A DNA stretch of 64,000 bases from assembly GCA_964035545.1 (NCBI GenBank), contig CAXIUT010000183.1, positions 1,550,001 through 1,614,000 on the forward strand. Reading direction: 5' to 3'. Origin of the DNA: Bugula neritina (taxonomy: Eukaryota; Animalia; Bryozoa). How positions within the stretch are numbered: position 1 is the first letter of the stretch; each line of letters starts with the position of its first letter. The notes under the pieces were generated by a model. It was not told the origin of the DNA and made no database searches. It saw only the letters and a program-made list of their open reading frames with translations. Shown here piece after piece: positions 63,808-64,000 of this stretch. Both the position numbers and the translations under genes were made by a program.

Positions 63808-64000
63808 CTGAAATATACTGCGACACTTTGCAATATACTGTAACATACCGAAATATGCTCTAGCGCACTGAAATACACTGCAACTCACTGAAATATATTG
63901 CAACATACTGAAATACACTGTGACATCCTGAAATATACTGCAACATACTGAAATACACTGCTACATACTGAAATATACTGCAACATACTGCAACATACTG

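Larger units (their letters stand above)
1..64000. repeat. Satellite DNA array: 10-bp monomer / 20-bp dimer (ACATACTGAA ATAYACTGYA)n, single orientation, runs off both window ends
   Basis: The 10-nt blocks are variants of AYAYACTGHA, with GAA-type and GCA/GTA-type monomers mostly alternating. No unique or inverted (CAGTAT-rich) stretch was seen on the + strand. Confidence 0.99.

Noticed and set aside
168-63918. All minus-strand ORFs (61-325 aa, Cys/Val/Tyr/Ser/Gln-rich) as protein-coding genes
   Set aside because: They overlap in all three frames with the same periodic peptide, follow directly from the 10/20-bp repeat, are disrupted by whole-monomer and 1-bp indels, and show no recognisable domain.
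1-64000. CRISPR array (regularly spaced short direct repeats)
   Set aside because: There are no unique spacers, as the intervening sequence is the same repeat. There is also no leader or cas gene.
1-64000. Telomeric repeat tract
   Set aside because: It lacks the G-run-rich strand of canonical telomere repeats, and inherited variants with kilobase HORs indicate recombinational rather than telomerase-templated synthesis. A subtelomeric location is not excluded.
1-64000. Inversions, hairpins or inverted repeats
   Set aside because: Only 4-6-bp palindromes (TGCA, TATA, GTATAC) are visible. No strand switch or extended reverse-complement segment was seen.
1-64000. Promoter or TATA-like and other transcription-factor motifs (e.g. 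cctaaatata)
   Set aside because: Such motifs are expected by chance in an AT-rich repeat and there is no associated gene.
1-64000. Assignment to a named satellite family or organism
   Set aside because: I do not recognise the monomer with confidence, and a database search would be required.
1-64000. Whole region as a sequencing or assembly artefact
   Set aside because: Nested shared and private variants form a consistent duplication history that is unlikely to come from noise. The copy number of individual near-identical blocks still needs read validation.

Overview
The whole 64 kb window is one uninterrupted, head-to-tail satellite array. I found no genes, RNA genes, transposons, CRISPR arrays or unique DNA. 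The repeat is hierarchical. Level 1 is a 10-bp monomer (A-Y-A-Y-A-C-T-G-H-A). Level 2 is a 20-bp dimer (consensus ACATACTGAA-ATAYACTGYA, about 30% GC, A/C-rich + strand). Level 3 is ~210-290-bp modules marked by diverged monomers such as ATATATGGTA-AACTAC and ACATACCTAA-ATATACGGTA. Level 4 is nested kilobase higher-order repeats (HORs) or duplications, with offsets of 1168, 1639, 2798, 3077, 3547, 6354/6414, 6377, 7824, 9051/9071 and 15425/15485 bp. The 10-bp register is broken only by three recurring 1-bp deletion markers and one recurring 7-bp TAATAAT insertion. Every duplication offset I checked is a multiple of 10 once these indels are subtracted. All ORFs in the track are minus-strand artefacts of the repeat. 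The window is best read as eukaryotic heterochromatic, possibly centromeric, satellite evolving by in-register unequal exchange, but that function is inference. Offsets come from matching ORF coordinates; block boundaries were read by eye and are approximate.
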